Below are positions 36,161 to 47,515 of a stretch of DNA of 64,000 nucleotides, piece by piece. The DNA is taken from the NCBI GenBank assembly GCA_002412495.1, contig DHVE01000129.1, forward strand, positions 45,050 through 109,049, given 5' to 3'. A program made the position numbers and the translations under genes. The notes under the pieces were generated by a model. That model had not been told where the DNA came from, ran no database searches, and saw only the letters and a program-made list of their open reading frames with translations. Each line of letters begins with the position of its first letter. Position 1 is the first letter of the stretch. This stretch comes from Betaproteobacteria bacterium UBA5216 (GTDB lineage: Bacteria > Pseudomonadota > Gammaproteobacteria > Burkholderiales > SG8-41).

Positions 36161-37417
36161 GTGGCCGCACACATGACGCACGGCATCACGCTCGCTGCCA
36201 TGCTCGCCTTGGCAACCAGTTGCAGCGCCATCGCGCAAATCAAGCCGTATGAGTTTGGCGGATATGTCGAGACCACATTTACGCACTATCAACTCCATCG
36301 CGACAGCGCTTTCTACAGAACCGAATTCGCCGGCCAGCCACAACGCGCGACACTCGACCGTATTGCCGCGACGTTGAGGCTGGCGGGCAGCGCCCGTGGT
36401 GACGAGTGGCGCCTGCGCTTCCAGTCGCGCACCGCGATGGAAAACGATCAGCTCGGACGCGATACGGTAAACCGTTTTGATGAGCTCGCCGCGTCATGGA
36501 AGCCGCATCCGGACTTCACGCTGGACGCGGGCAAGATGGTGTTGAAGTGGGGCAAAGGCCACACCTGGAATCCCGTCGCCTTTGTCGAACGCCCTAAGGA
36601 TCCTAGCGACCCGCGGCTACCGCGCGAAGGCTATACCCTGCTTTCCGCTGCTGTTAGCCGCGAATTTACCGGCGCCCTGGAGTCCATCACCTTTAACCCT
36701 GTGCTTCTGCCAGTCAGTGAAAACGTCAATACCGCATTCGGCAAGTCCGGTCACCTTAACGCGGCCGGCAAACTGCTGCTCGATTTCGGCGCTACCGACT
36801 TTGGATTTTACCGCCTTAACAGCGGCAGCCGCGCGGGCCGCTTCGGCGCCGATTTCTCACACCACGTTACCAGCGATCTTGAAGTGTACGGCGAGTGGGC
36901 GCGCATCCAATCGCAGGACTTCCGGCTCGCCACGCCCACGGGCGCCAGCATGACGCGAACAGAAGCCGCAACCAGTTATCTCATGGGCCTGCAATACCGC
37001 ACCCAACGCAGAAGCAGTTTTATTGTCGAATTGCATCACAACGGCGCCGGGTATTCGTCCGGCGAATTTGGCGACTTCGTGGCATTGGTCAACAACGCTT
37101 CCCAGTCCGGCGCGGACGGCGCACTAATGGCGCGCACCATCAAGCTTGCCGACGGCGGATTCGGACGTGCGAAGGCAATGCAAAATTACTTGTACTTTCG
37201 CGCCACACACACCATTGGCGCCGCTACACCGTCCATCCGTTTCACGGTCAATCTGCAGGACGGCAGCTACTCGATTACGCCCGAGTTGCTCTACAACATC
37301 CGCAGCCATTGGGGCGTGCGTGCGCGCTTTACGGTGCTCGGGGGCGGCCCCGCCACCGAGTACGGGGGGAAGTATTACTCGCGCCGAGCCGAGGTGCGCA
37401 TGCACTTTCATTTTTGA
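36161..37417 (+). CDS. Predicted outer-membrane beta-barrel protein (porin-like), family unknown
   Basis: Signal peptide ...LAAMLALATSCSAIAQ, alternating beta pattern, and a C-terminal ...RMHFHF ending in Phe. Start is GTG 36161 or ATG 36173. Confidence 0.5.
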   Translation: MAAHMTHGITLAAMLALATSCSAIAQIKPYEFGGYVETTFTHYQLHRDSAFYRTEFAGQPQRATLDRIAATLRLAGSARGDEWRLRFQSRTAMENDQLGRDTVNRFDELAASWKPHPDFTLDAGKMVLKWGKGHTWNPVAFVERPKDPSDPRLPREGYTLLSAAVSREFTGALESITFNPVLLPVSENVNTAFGKSGHLNAAGKLLLDFGATDFGFYRLNSGSRAGRFGADFSHHVTSDLEVYGEWARIQSQDFRLATPTGASMTRTEAATSYLMGLQYRTQRRSSFIVELHHNGAGYSSGEFGDFVALVNNASQSGADGALMARTIKLADGGFGRAKAMQNYLYFRATHTIGAATPSIRFTVNLQDGSYSITPELLYNIRSHWGVRARFTVLGGGPATEYGGKYYSRRAEVRMHFHF

Positions 37418-37446
37418 CCGGCAGCACTGCCCACCGGAGACCGTTA

Positions 37447-39042
37447 ATGAATCGAAGCGAAGAACAACGTTACGCAGGCCTGGGCCCGTTTGAACTCAAG
37501 AACAAACTCGTTGAGCTCGCCAAGCACCGCGGCGAACGACTGATGCTCAACGCCGGACGCGGCAATCCTAACTGGGTTGCGCTTGAACCGCGCGCAGCCT
37601 TTTTCCGTTTGGGCGAATTCGCCGTGTTGGAATCCGCGCATGTCGCGCTTGCACCAGGCTTTGGCGGCCTGCCGAAAAAGCGCGGCATCGCACAACGCCT
37701 GCGGGATTTTCTTGCGCAACGCCCGGATGCACCGGGCAATGAACTGCTGTTTCGCGGCATCGACTACGCCCACGCCACACACGGTATCGATCCGGATCTT
37801 CTCGCCGGCGAATGGGTGGATGGCGTCCTCGGCGATCACTATCCGCTGCCGGTGCGCATGCTCACCCACGCCGAGCAACTGGTGCGCGCGCATATCGCCG
37901 TGGAGTTGTCCGATGGCGACGCGGCCGGCGGGCGCTTTGATCTGTTTGCGGTCGAAGGCGCCAGCGCCGGCATTACTTACGTTTTCCAATCCCTCGTCCA
38001 GTCGCGGCTACTCGCGCCGGGCGATTGCATCGCGCTGGGCACACCCATCTTCACGCCCTATCTCGAGGTGCCGCGCCTTGCCGAATACCGCTTTGAACAG
38101 ATAGAAATCATGCAGGACGAGAGCGCAGGCTGGCGTTATCCGGCATCCGAACTCGACAAGCTGCGCGATCCGCGCGTGAAAGCGTTTCTCGTGGTGAATC
38201 CCTCGAACCCGACGGCGGTGGCCATCGATACTGCAACCGCCGCGCATATAGCCAAAATCATGTGCGAGCGCCCCGAACTCATCCTGATCACCGACGACGT
38301 CTATGCGCCGTTCATCAAGGGCTTTCGCTCCCTGGCATCGGTAGCGCCACGAAACACCATTGTGCTCTATTCGTTCTCGAAATTCTGGGGCGCGACCGGA
38401 CTGCGTCTCGGCGTTATCGGCGTGCGGGAGTCGAACGCGCTCGATGCGCGCATTGCCGCCTTGCCCGCCGACGCGCAGGCCAGCGCGCGAGCACGCTACG
38501 GCGCGGTTTCGACAGAGCCCGAACGCATGAAACTCATCGACAGAATGGTGGCCGACAGCCGCGCGATCGGACTAAACCACACCGCCGGCCTGTCTACGCC
38601 GCAGCAAGTGCAAATGACCTTGTTCGCGCTGGATGGCTTGCTCGATATTGGCCATGTTCGCAAGCGCACGGCACGCGCCATCGTGCGCGCCCGCTTCGAG
38701 CAACTGTATCGTGGCGCGGGACTGCCGCCGCCCGACGATCCGCTACTGACGCACTATTATGCGACCCTCGATGTGCCCGCGCTGGCGCGCACGCGCTACG
38801 GAGAGGCGTTCGCCCAATGGCTGATTGACAGCTTTGAACCCATCGATTTCGTCGTGCGCCTGGCCGAACAGCGCGGCATCGTACTGATGGATGGTGGCGG
38901 CTTCGACGCTCCACGTATGTCCGTGCGCGTTTCGCTCGCGAATCTGCCGGATGAGGCTTACGAGCTCATAGGCCGCGCCATCGCCGGACTGCTTGCTGAC
39001 TATCATGCCGAATGGCACGGGCCGAAGCTTGTCGCCGGCTGA
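37447..39042 (+). CDS. asdA: Aspartate 4-decarboxylase (bifunctional aspartate aminotransferase / beta-decarboxylase, PLP)
   Basis: GLGPFELKNKLVELA...MLNAGRGNPNWVALEPRAAFFRLGEF...SFSKFWGATGLRLGV matches AsdA, and the 531-aa size fits. The track ORF (from 36895) is an upstream read-through artefact. Confidence 0.8.
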   Translation: MNRSEEQRYAGLGPFELKNKLVELAKHRGERLMLNAGRGNPNWVALEPRAAFFRLGEFAVLESAHVALAPGFGGLPKKRGIAQRLRDFLAQRPDAPGNELLFRGIDYAHATHGIDPDLLAGEWVDGVLGDHYPLPVRMLTHAEQLVRAHIAVELSDGDAAGGRFDLFAVEGASAGITYVFQSLVQSRLLAPGDCIALGTPIFTPYLEVPRLAEYRFEQIEIMQDESAGWRYPASELDKLRDPRVKAFLVVNPSNPTAVAIDTATAAHIAKIMCERPELILITDDVYAPFIKGFRSLASVAPRNTIVLYSFSKFWGATGLRLGVIGVRESNALDARIAALPADAQASARARYGAVSTEPERMKLIDRMVADSRAIGLNHTAGLSTPQQVQMTLFALDGLLDIGHVRKRTARAIVRARFEQLYRGAGLPPPDDPLLTHYYATLDVPALARTRYGEAFAQWLIDSFEPIDFVVRLAEQRGIVLMDGGGFDAPRMSVRVSLANLPDEAYELIGRAIAGLLADYHAEWHGPKLVAG

Positions 39043-39093
39043 ACATAAGCGGTCGGTTTGTCATTGGAACCTTTTTCGCCACGCACGTCAGGA

Positions 39094-39107
39094 TTGACCA
39101 AGATCAA
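39094..39107. promoter_or_regulatory. FNR-like box TTGACCAAGATCAA
   Basis: One mismatch to consensus. It predicts a TSS near 39142 and a 40-nt leader to ATG 39182. Confidence 0.5.
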
Positions 39108-39181
39108 AAGAACCCTGCCACGAAAATTCGATAACGAATAATCTCGAAAAAGGCGACGTAGCCTGGTAAACGGAGGCAAGC

Positions 39182-39814
39182 ATGCAATTGCGTATTCGCG
39201 GTTTGCGCTGCACAACAATACTGTTTCTTGTAATTTTTCTCTCCGGCTGTGCTTTCGGCACCCGGCAGCCAACTTTGCAGTATCCCCCCACAGCCGAGCC
39301 AGGCACCAACACTCCTCCCCAAACAGCAGAAAGGCCGGCCCCAAAAAATTTGCAGATTGTTCTCGGCCCGTTTACCGATCAGCGTTCAGACAAAAAAGTT
39401 GTGGGGACAGTCCGGAACGGCTTTGGCATGCGCACGGCTGATGTTATACCGACCAACAGCGTTTCCGACTGGGTCACGCAAGCCATGCAAATAGAATTGC
39501 AGCATAGCGGCTATACCGTCGCGACCGCCGTAAGCGGTGGCGATAGTCCGCCAGGCCAGAGTGTCGTTGTGTCTGGAGAGATACTGAATGTGTTCTGCGA
39601 CATGTATTTTAGCTATACGGGACAGGTTTCTCTGCTCACAAAGGTGACAAAAGCCGGCAAGGAGGTGCTGACCAAACACTATGCAGGAGAAGGATCCGCA
39701 GGGATTGCTTGGGGTGCCACAGAAGAGTCCTATGCGCAGTCGCTCGCGCTCGCGCTGGCTTCCGCGCTGAAGCAGTTTGTCTCCGATCTTGAGAAGAGCC
39801 TGATGCCTCAGTAG
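39182..39814 (+). CDS. Lipoprotein, possibly YajG-like
   Basis: Lipobox FLSGCA. The overall pattern loosely resembles YajG; this is a weak assignment. Confidence 0.45.
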   Translation: MQLRIRGLRCTTILFLVIFLSGCAFGTRQPTLQYPPTAEPGTNTPPQTAERPAPKNLQIVLGPFTDQRSDKKVVGTVRNGFGMRTADVIPTNSVSDWVTQAMQIELQHSGYTVATAVSGGDSPPGQSVVVSGEILNVFCDMYFSYTGQVSLLTKVTKAGKEVLTKHYAGEGSAGIAWGATEESYAQSLALALASALKQFVSDLEKSLMPQ

Positions 39815-39929
39815 TGACGCCCATCGTTACGCGGCACTCAATATGCCTGCGCTGGCGCATTCGCCGACCTGAGCGATGCTGAATTTCGCGGTCAGTTTCT
39901 CATTGCGTGCGGCAATGTCGAAATAATCA

Positions 39930-40844
39930 TCATCCAACGTCACGCCAATACTCATCCACCCGGGCCTGAATCTCCGCGATCAGTTTGTCATTGCGCACCG
40001 GCTGGAACAGATGCGCAAAGCGCCCCTGCTTCACCAGATAATCCTCCACTGGCAGGCGCGGATGCGGCACACGGGTGTGCGAGACCTTGCCGTCGCGGTA
40101 TTCCTTCAACGGCCAGATGCCGGTCTTCACCGCAAGACGGCCGATTTCCACGGTGTCCATCGGATCATAGTCCCACCCGGTCGGACACGGCGCGAGCGAC
40201 AGGATGAGACGCGGTCCTTTGACACTGACGGCGTGCTGAATCTTGCGCGCGAGATCGAGCGGCTCGGCGCCGATTACCGTTGCCACGTAGGCAGGCCGGT
40301 GCGCGGCCCAAATGGCGAAGAGGTCTTTTTTCTCGCCGCCGAACCCGGCTACACCCGCGTGCGTGGCGGTGCGCGCACCATGCGGCGTCGCAGCCGAGGT
40401 CTGCTGCCCGGTGTTGCCGTACCCTTCGTTGTCGTAGCAGAGGTAAATAAAATCGAGGCCGCGCTCGATGGCCGCCGAGGTCGCCGACAAGCCCATGCCG
40501 TAGGCGGAACCATCGCCGGTAAGTACCACTGCCGTGAGGTTTTCTTCCGGCGGCAGGCGTTTCTTCTCCAGAAGAATATCCAGTGCATCACGCACGCCCT
40601 GTGCTCCAGCGGGCGCGGACGCCATCGAGGTATACAGCCACGAGCCGCGGAATGGCGTATACGGGTAATTCGCCAGCAGCGTCATGCAGCCCGCCGCATT
40701 AACGACCACGGTTTTGTGTCCAAGCAGATCGTAAACTTCATGTAACGCCTGCAAGCCGCCGCAACCCGCGCACATCGCCGTGCCCGCGCCGAGCAAATGC
40801 ACGGATGGCAGATCTTTCATGCTCTTGATGACGAATTCGCTCAT
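39930..40844 (-). CDS. 2-oxoacid:ferredoxin oxidoreductase beta subunit (TPP-binding)
   Basis: GTAMCAGCGG...VVLTGDGSAYGMGLSATSAAIERGLDFIYLCYDNEGYGNTGQQ (TPP/Mg motif GDG...N). Confidence 0.9.
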   Translation of the reverse strand: MSEFVIKSMKDLPSVHLLGAGTAMCAGCGGLQALHEVYDLLGHKTVVVNAAGCMTLLANYPYTPFRGSWLYTSMASAPAGAQGVRDALDILLEKKRLPPEENLTAVVLTGDGSAYGMGLSATSAAIERGLDFIYLCYDNEGYGNTGQQTSAATPHGARTATHAGVAGFGGEKKDLFAIWAAHRPAYVATVIGAEPLDLARKIQHAVSVKGPRLILSLAPCPTGWDYDPMDTVEIGRLAVKTGIWPLKEYRDGKVSHTRVPHPRLPVEDYLVKQGRFAHLFQPVRNDKLIAEIQARVDEYWRDVG

Positions 40845-42085
40845 GGACGCGCGCCCGCCTCGCCGCGTTCCGCCGCGGCAATCGCTTGCAGCTTGCGTAC
40901 TTCGCGCAATTCGCCGCCGGAGTACAAAAGACGCGTCGCGGGAACCGCGCCGGACGCCGCCGCGTTGCGTGACTCAGCTGCCATCGCGAAAAACTCCTCG
41001 ACACGAATGTCGCGCCCGCCAAGCCCCCCCACGTAGCTGCACAACATCGGCATAGCGGGCCGCCCCTGCAGCGCGGCGGCCAATTCGGCGTACAACACCC
41101 CGCCGAATCCCATCGACAGATTCTGATCGATCACCGCCACCGCGCGTTTACCGCGCAACGCCTCGCGCACGGCATCCGCCGGGTACGGGCGCAACAGGCG
41201 CGGGCGAACCAGACCAACACGCTCGCCGCGCGCGCGCAGGCGATCCACCGCATCCCCCGCCTTTGCCGCAAACGAGCCGATCATGAAAAACACCACCTCC
41301 GCATCGTCGCAACGATAGGTATCGACCGCCGAGTAACGACGTCCGAATTCCGCGGCAAACGCCTGCGCGGCCTCTTCGTACGCCACCAGTGCCTGCATGA
41401 CCGCCAGATGCAGTTCATAGCGAAAATACGAGTACGATGCACCGCCCAGAACCGCAACCGCCTGACTCACCGGCTTGCTTGCGCGAAACGCCACCTCACC
41501 GGGCGCGAACGCGGGTAGAAAGCGCCGCACGGAATCCATGGAAGGAAGTTCCACAGGCTCGCGCGTAAATGACAGATAAAACCCGTCCTGATTGACCAGC
41601 ACGGGCACGCGCACCCCGGGATGCTCGGCCACGCGATAGGCAATCAGCACGCTGTCGAGCAGCTCCTGTGCATTTGCGCAATGAATCTGCACAAAACCAC
41701 AGTCACGTGCCGCAAGCACATCAGTATGATCCGGCTCCAGCGTAATCGGTGTCGCCACCGCGCGCGACACATTGACCAGCACAAAAGGCGCGCGCCAGCC
41801 GGGTGTCGCGAACATCATTTCCATCGCATACAGCAACCCTTGGCTGGAAGTCGCGGTAAACACGCGCGCGCCGGTAGCCGCCGCGGCCGCCGCGGCGGTG
41901 ATCATCGAATGCTCGGATTCGAGCGTGGTAAGCCGCCCCTGCATGGCACCGCTCGCATACCAACCCGCGAGGGTTTCGATGATCTCGGTCTGCGGCGTGA
42001 TCGGAAATGCCGGCACGTAATCCACCTCGGCAAGCCGCGCGCCCCACGCCGCCGCGCCATTGCCCGTCAATAGCGCGCGGGTCAT
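40841..42085 (-). CDS. 2-oxoacid:ferredoxin oxidoreductase alpha subunit
   Basis: LLTGNGAAAWGARLAEVDYVPAFPITPQTEIIE...ESEHSMITAAAAAAATGARVFTATSSQGL. ATGA overlaps occur at both ends. Confidence 0.9.
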   Translation of the reverse strand: MTRALLTGNGAAAWGARLAEVDYVPAFPITPQTEIIETLAGWYASGAMQGRLTTLESEHSMITAAAAAAATGARVFTATSSQGLLYAMEMMFATPGWRAPFVLVNVSRAVATPITLEPDHTDVLAARDCGFVQIHCANAQELLDSVLIAYRVAEHPGVRVPVLVNQDGFYLSFTREPVELPSMDSVRRFLPAFAPGEVAFRASKPVSQAVAVLGGASYSYFRYELHLAVMQALVAYEEAAQAFAAEFGRRYSAVDTYRCDDAEVVFFMIGSFAAKAGDAVDRLRARGERVGLVRPRLLRPYPADAVREALRGKRAVAVIDQNLSMGFGGVLYAELAAALQGRPAMPMLCSYVGGLGGRDIRVEEFFAMAAESRNAAASGAVPATRLLYSGGELREVRKLQAIAAAERGEAGARP

Positions 42086-43011
42086 TGCGCGATTTTCTCG
42101 CAAGCCGCCGCTTTGCCTTCCGCCACGGCACGGATGGCATGCGGCGGACACACCGCCACGCATACCAGGCAACCCTTGCAATGATCGTAGTCGATGTGCG
42201 GCGTACGATCGGCATCGACGCGTATCGCGCTGTCCGGGCACAGCGTGCCGCAAATCCACGAGCAGCGATTGCAGTGTCCCGGGTCGATCACGGGCCGGAA
42301 GCTGCGCCACGTCCCGGTCAACGACTGCTCGCTGCTGGCGGTGGCATGAATATCCGGCGCGGCGCGGCGCACGCTGTCCTGCGGCACGTCGATCCAGTCC
42401 GGCGCGGCGGTCACACCGTTGCGTTCGGCCACGCGCTCCCGCACGCAGCCGGCGTGAGCGCTCATCGCGTCATAGGCCGCCAGCGTCCAGCGCAGATCCT
42501 GATCGAGCATAAGCCGCCCGCGCGCGTCCAGCTCAAGACGCACCGCCTGTGCCAGTGTCTCGCGCCGGATCACCCCTACCAGACGCGCTGCCGCCCCCGC
42601 ACACACCGCGCTTTGCAGCGGCGGGGTTCCACCCGGAGGCGATGCCGCTATGGCAGGCACCGCCAGGACAACGCCCGGAAACCTCGCGCGCGCCTGCCAA
42701 CCCTGGGCATCACGCGTGTTGATCAGTATCACCGTATCCGCCGTGACGCCCTGCATGACACCCGCCGCCGGCAGCATCATCAACGATTCGTCGGCCACCA
42801 CCACCAAATCCGGGTTGTCAATGACGCCTCGCTCCTGGATGGGCGTTCGTGATGCGCGCACGTAGGAAAATAGCGGCGCGCCACGGCGTTCCGCGCCGTA
42901 ACGGGGCGCATCCTGCACTTCAAAACCTTCGCCGAAAAATGCGCTGCCCAGAATATTGCCGGCGGTTTTCATGCCCTGACCGCCCCGGCCATGAAAGCGT
43001 ATGCGAAACAT
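42082..43011 (-). CDS. 2-oxoacid:ferredoxin oxidoreductase gamma subunit fused to delta (2x[4Fe-4S] ferredoxin) subunit
   Basis: The N-terminus IRFHGRGGQGMKTAGNILG is the gamma subunit. The C-terminus CNRCSWICGTLCP...CKGCLVCVAVCP holds two CX2CX2CX3CP motifs. Confidence 0.85.
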   Translation of the reverse strand: MFRIRFHGRGGQGMKTAGNILGSAFFGEGFEVQDAPRYGAERRGAPLFSYVRASRTPIQERGVIDNPDLVVVADESLMMLPAAGVMQGVTADTVILINTRDAQGWQARARFPGVVLAVPAIAASPPGGTPPLQSAVCAGAAARLVGVIRRETLAQAVRLELDARGRLMLDQDLRWTLAAYDAMSAHAGCVRERVAERNGVTAAPDWIDVPQDSVRRAAPDIHATASSEQSLTGTWRSFRPVIDPGHCNRCSWICGTLCPDSAIRVDADRTPHIDYDHCKGCLVCVAVCPPHAIRAVAEGKAAACEKIAQ

Positions 43012-43033
43012 CGCGTTCACGTCCGCATCGCGT

Positions 43034-44158
43034 TCAGAACACCCCAAACCGGCGATGCGCCATTGCCTGCCGCACGCGCTTCGCCGCAAGCCCGGTCGCC
43101 GCTTCGCGTGGCGTTATCCCGCCACGCCGCGCCTCTTCGAGCACCTCGCCGGTATTGGCGCGAATTTTTTCGCTGATCACCGCGAACGCCGCCTCCTGCG
43201 TGGCGCCGCGATACTCCATGGCGGCGCAAATCACGCCGCCCGCGTTGGCGATGAAATCCGGCACCACCACCACGCCCCGCCGATGCAGCGCCCGCTCCGC
43301 GGCATCGGTGCAAGGAATGTTCGCGCCCTGCAGCACCAGTCGGGTATTCAGTCTGCCTTCGTTACTTTCATCAATGACATCCGGGCGCGCCGCCGGTATC
43401 CATATTTCGCATTCAATATCGATGATGGCATCGATGCCGCTCGTTACGCCGCGCGGATAATCCAACACGCTTTTGCCTTGATCCTTGAGGCGGGCCAGTT
43501 CCGCGATATCGATGCCCTTTGGATCAGCTAGCGTGCCGTGCGTGTCGGACGCCCCCACGAGCACGGCGCCCTGCTCCACCAGAAATCGCGCTGCATGTTT
43601 GCCCACCGCGCCATACCCCTGTATCGCCACGCGCGCGCCGGCGAGCTTGAAGCCGCAATGGTTCGCCGCTGACTCTGCTGCGTGCCGCAGCCCCCAACCG
43701 GTGGCGCCGATTTCATCCAGCGGTATGCCGCCCAGTTCCGCTGGCAGACCGACCGCACGCCCGATCTCGTCATGCACCCACGCCATGCAAGTTTCGTCGG
43801 TGCCCATATCAGGACCAAAGATGTAGTCCTGTTCATTGCGCAAGGCGTGGGCAAAGGCGCGGATCAGTGTTTCCTTTTGCGCGCGCGGCATGCGCGGGTC
43901 GGCCTGCAACACGGACTTGCCGCCGCCGTGCGCGAGTCCCGCCGCCGCATTTTTGAGCGTCATCGCGCGCGCCAGCCGAAAGCATTCCGCCGTAGTGACG
44001 TCCGGCGCCATGCGCAATCCGCCTATCGATGGCCCGCGCGCCACATTGTCCACCACCAGCGTCCCTTTAAGACCCAGCGAAGGTTCGTATACATGAATAA
44101 TCTTTGCCGGTCCCAGATCATCGGCATGCGTGAATGCGTCGTTCATCCCATACTCCAT
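43034..44158 (-). CDS. Glu/Leu/Phe/Val-family amino-acid dehydrogenase (short, leucine-DH-like size)
   Basis: GPSIGGLRMAP...TLKNAAAGLAHGGGKSV (catalytic Lys) and the NAD fold VAIQGYGAVGKH. The alternative start ATG 44146 has the better RBS. Confidence 0.8.
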   Translation of the reverse strand: MEYGMNDAFTHADDLGPAKIIHVYEPSLGLKGTLVVDNVARGPSIGGLRMAPDVTTAECFRLARAMTLKNAAAGLAHGGGKSVLQADPRMPRAQKETLIRAFAHALRNEQDYIFGPDMGTDETCMAWVHDEIGRAVGLPAELGGIPLDEIGATGWGLRHAAESAANHCGFKLAGARVAIQGYGAVGKHAARFLVEQGAVLVGASDTHGTLADPKGIDIAELARLKDQGKSVLDYPRGVTSGIDAIIDIECEIWIPAARPDVIDESNEGRLNTRLVLQGANIPCTDAAERALHRRGVVVVPDFIANAGGVICAAMEYRGATQEAAFAVISEKIRANTGEVLEEARRGGITPREAATGLAAKRVRQAMAHRRFGVF

Positions 44159-44927
<769 letters not shown>

Positions 44928-44956
<29 letters not shown>

Positions 44957-47360
44957 GCCGCCGCGCCTTCCCGCCGCCGGCAAGACTCTGGTGTATCAGG
45001 GTCAGCTCATGCAAGCGTTTCGCCACGCGGCCATTGATGGTTGACTCCGCGCCGCCCTTGGCATGCGGCTCTCCCGCCGGGACGCCCGTCAACACTTCTA
45101 TCGCCTGATCGATGTTGCTGACGGGTATCACATGAAAACGCCCCGCCGCCGCCGCGTCCAGCACGTCCTGCCGCAGCATCAGATCCTCGACATTGGCCGC
45201 GGGAATGAGAACGCCTTGCGTGCCGGTCAGGCCGCGCCCGTTACAGATGTCGAAGAATCCCTCGATCTTCTGGTTGACGGCGCCTATCGCCTGCACTTGC
45301 CCCAACTGGTTGATGGACCCCGTCACCGCGTAAGACTGCAAAATCGGCACATCGGCGAGCGACGACAGCAATGCGCACAATTCCGCCACCGACGCGCTGT
45401 CGCCATCCACTTCGCTGTAGGTCTGCTCGAACACCAGGCTGGCCGATATGGAGTGCGGCTTGTTGCCAGAATAGCGCGCCGCCAGAAACGATGACAGGAT
45501 CAGCACGCCTTTGGAGTGTATCGACCCGCCCAGTTCCACCTCGCGCTGCACGTCTATCAACACGCCACTGCCAAGGCGCGTGGTGGCGGTAATTTTCGCC
45601 GGCTCCGCAAAGCTGAATCCGCCCAGGTCGAACACAAAAAGACCGTTGACCTGCCCGACCTTCGCACCGGACGTATCGATCATCACGGTGCCGCGCAGTA
45701 TCGATTCGTGCATGCGATTGCGCACCCGATCCGCCCGCTGCAACTGCGCGTCCACAGCATGCTGCACCTCGCCGGCGGACACCTGCCGCGCACCCAGCCC
45801 GCGCGCGCGGTGATCGGCCTCCGCGAGCAGATCCGACATCGCCTGAATGTTGCTCGACAGCTTGCGCGAATCGCCCGTCATGCGCGAACTGTGCTCCACC
45901 AGCCTGGCAACCGCCGTACGGTCGAGCGGCAGCAGCTTCTCGCGACGTTGCAGCGTCGCCAGCACGTGTGCAAAACGCTGTACATTTTCGCCGTCGCGTT
46001 CGATTTCATCCTCAAAATCGACGCTCACCTTGAACAACCGACTGAAGTCGGGATCGTAGGCATGCAATGCGTAATACACGGCGCGCTCGCCAAATAACAC
46101 CACCTTGACATCCAGCGGGATGGTTTCCGGTTCCAGCGATACCGTGCTCGCGAGGCTGTACATTTCCGCCAGCGACTCGATGCGAATGCAGCGCGTCGAT
46201 AGCGCGCGCTTTAGCCCCTCCCATGCGCCGGGCTGCGTCAGCACCTTGTGCGCGTCCAGCAGGAGACAGCCGCCCGACGCACGATGCAACGCTCCCGGTT
46301 TGATCAGCGTAAAGTCGGTGATCAAGGTGCCGAACTGCGCACGGTGGTCGATGCGGCCGATCAGATTCGAGTAGGTCGGATGATCCTCGAATACCACCGG
46401 CGAACCTTGCTGCCCGTTACTATCCACTACCAAGTTGGCCTGATAGCGATGGAACGACGGCGGCCCGGCCAGCATCGCCGGCAGGCTGGCGGGCGCTTCG
46501 CCGGCGTGACGAAATTCATCGGCATTGTCGACGATGTCTTCCTGCACCGCATTGAGATAGTCCACCACGCGCGGCAATGATTGATAACGCGCGCGCAATT
46601 CCGCCACCGGGTGCCCGACCGCGATCAGGGTCATTTCGCGATTGAGCTGCTGAATTTTTTCCATGCGCTCCTTACGCCACTGCATCGAGGCGCGTATGAG
46701 CTTTTCCAGTTTCTGCTGAAGCATCGCGATGGCCGCCTCGATGCGCTGGCGTTCCTCGACCGGCAACTTCTCATAATCCTCGGCCGAGATCACTTCACCG
46801 TCCTTCAACGGCGCCAGCGAAAACCCGGTGGGCGTGCGCAACAGCGTCACGGTGTGCGTGGCGGCTTCCGCCGCGAGTTCGCCGAACGTTTTTTCATGGC
46901 GGGCACTAAATTCAGCATCGATCTGCTCGCCGCGCGAGCGGTATTCGTCGCTCTCGAAAATCGCCGGAATGGCGATGCGCAGATCCTCCACCAGCCGCGC
47001 CATGTCCGCCGCCAGTTCGCTGCCGCGCCCCGGCGGCAACTCGATGGCGTAGGGCTTGTGCGGCTGCTGGAAATTGTTCACATACACCCAGTCGCTGGGC
47101 TTGGCCTCGTCCGCCGCCCGTGCCCGCAGATACTGCGAAGTCATCGCGTGCTTGCCCGAACCGGGCGGCCCCATCACGAACAGGTTGAACCCCTCGCGGC
47201 GGATGCCGGCGCCGAACTCCAGCGACGTCTGCGCCCTGTGCTGCCCCGCGAAGCCGGCCTGATCATCCAGTTCCGCCGTGGTCTCAAAGGCAAACGCGGA
47301 AGGTGGGCAATGCTTGCGCAGGCTTTCCAGCGGCAGGGGTTTCATCGGTTCGAACGGCAT
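44928..47360 (-). CDS. Lon-like ATP-dependent protease (AAA_32 / LonC-type, no N-terminal Lon substrate domain)
   Basis: Walker A FVMGPPGSGKH. The C-terminal Lon S16 domain has GDSASVAELCALLSSL (Ser) and ...AVNQKIEGFF (Lys). ATG 47360 (MPFEPMKPLP...) was chosen; the track ORF starts at 47429. Confidence 0.8.
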
Positions 47361-47464
47361 CGTGAGTCTCCGTGGCAACGACTGAATGGCACGGGTACCG
47401 GTCATTCGATACCACCGCGAATTCAGCACACGGCCCCATTATGGAAACGCGGTCGGCCGGGAAG

Positions 47465-47478
47465 TTGATCTGGATCAA
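47465..47478. promoter_or_regulatory. FNR box TTGATCTGGATCAA (perfect)
   Basis: Lies in the 155-nt gap upstream of the Lon-like gene. It predicts a TSS near 47430 and a 70-nt leader. Confidence 0.7.
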
Positions 47479-47515
47479 TTAAGCGGCAGGCAACCAGCAT
47501 GCGCCAGGTCGGCGT

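Noticed and set aside
36895-37446. 5-prime extensions of track ORFs (36895-39042, 49159-52194, 14093-15136, 40841-42310, 42082-43089)
   Set aside because: The extensions read through upstream genes or intergenic DNA in a frame with no family similarity. Internal starts coincide with the conserved N-termini, RBS-like sequences and ATGA-type overlaps.
39827-39937. 36-codon ORF (TTG start) overlapping the 3-prime end of the OFOR beta gene: LDDDYFDIAARNEKLTAKFSIAQVGECASAGILSAA
   Set aside because: It has a non-ATG start, no convincing RBS and no recognisable family. It could be real, but the sequence alone does not support calling it.
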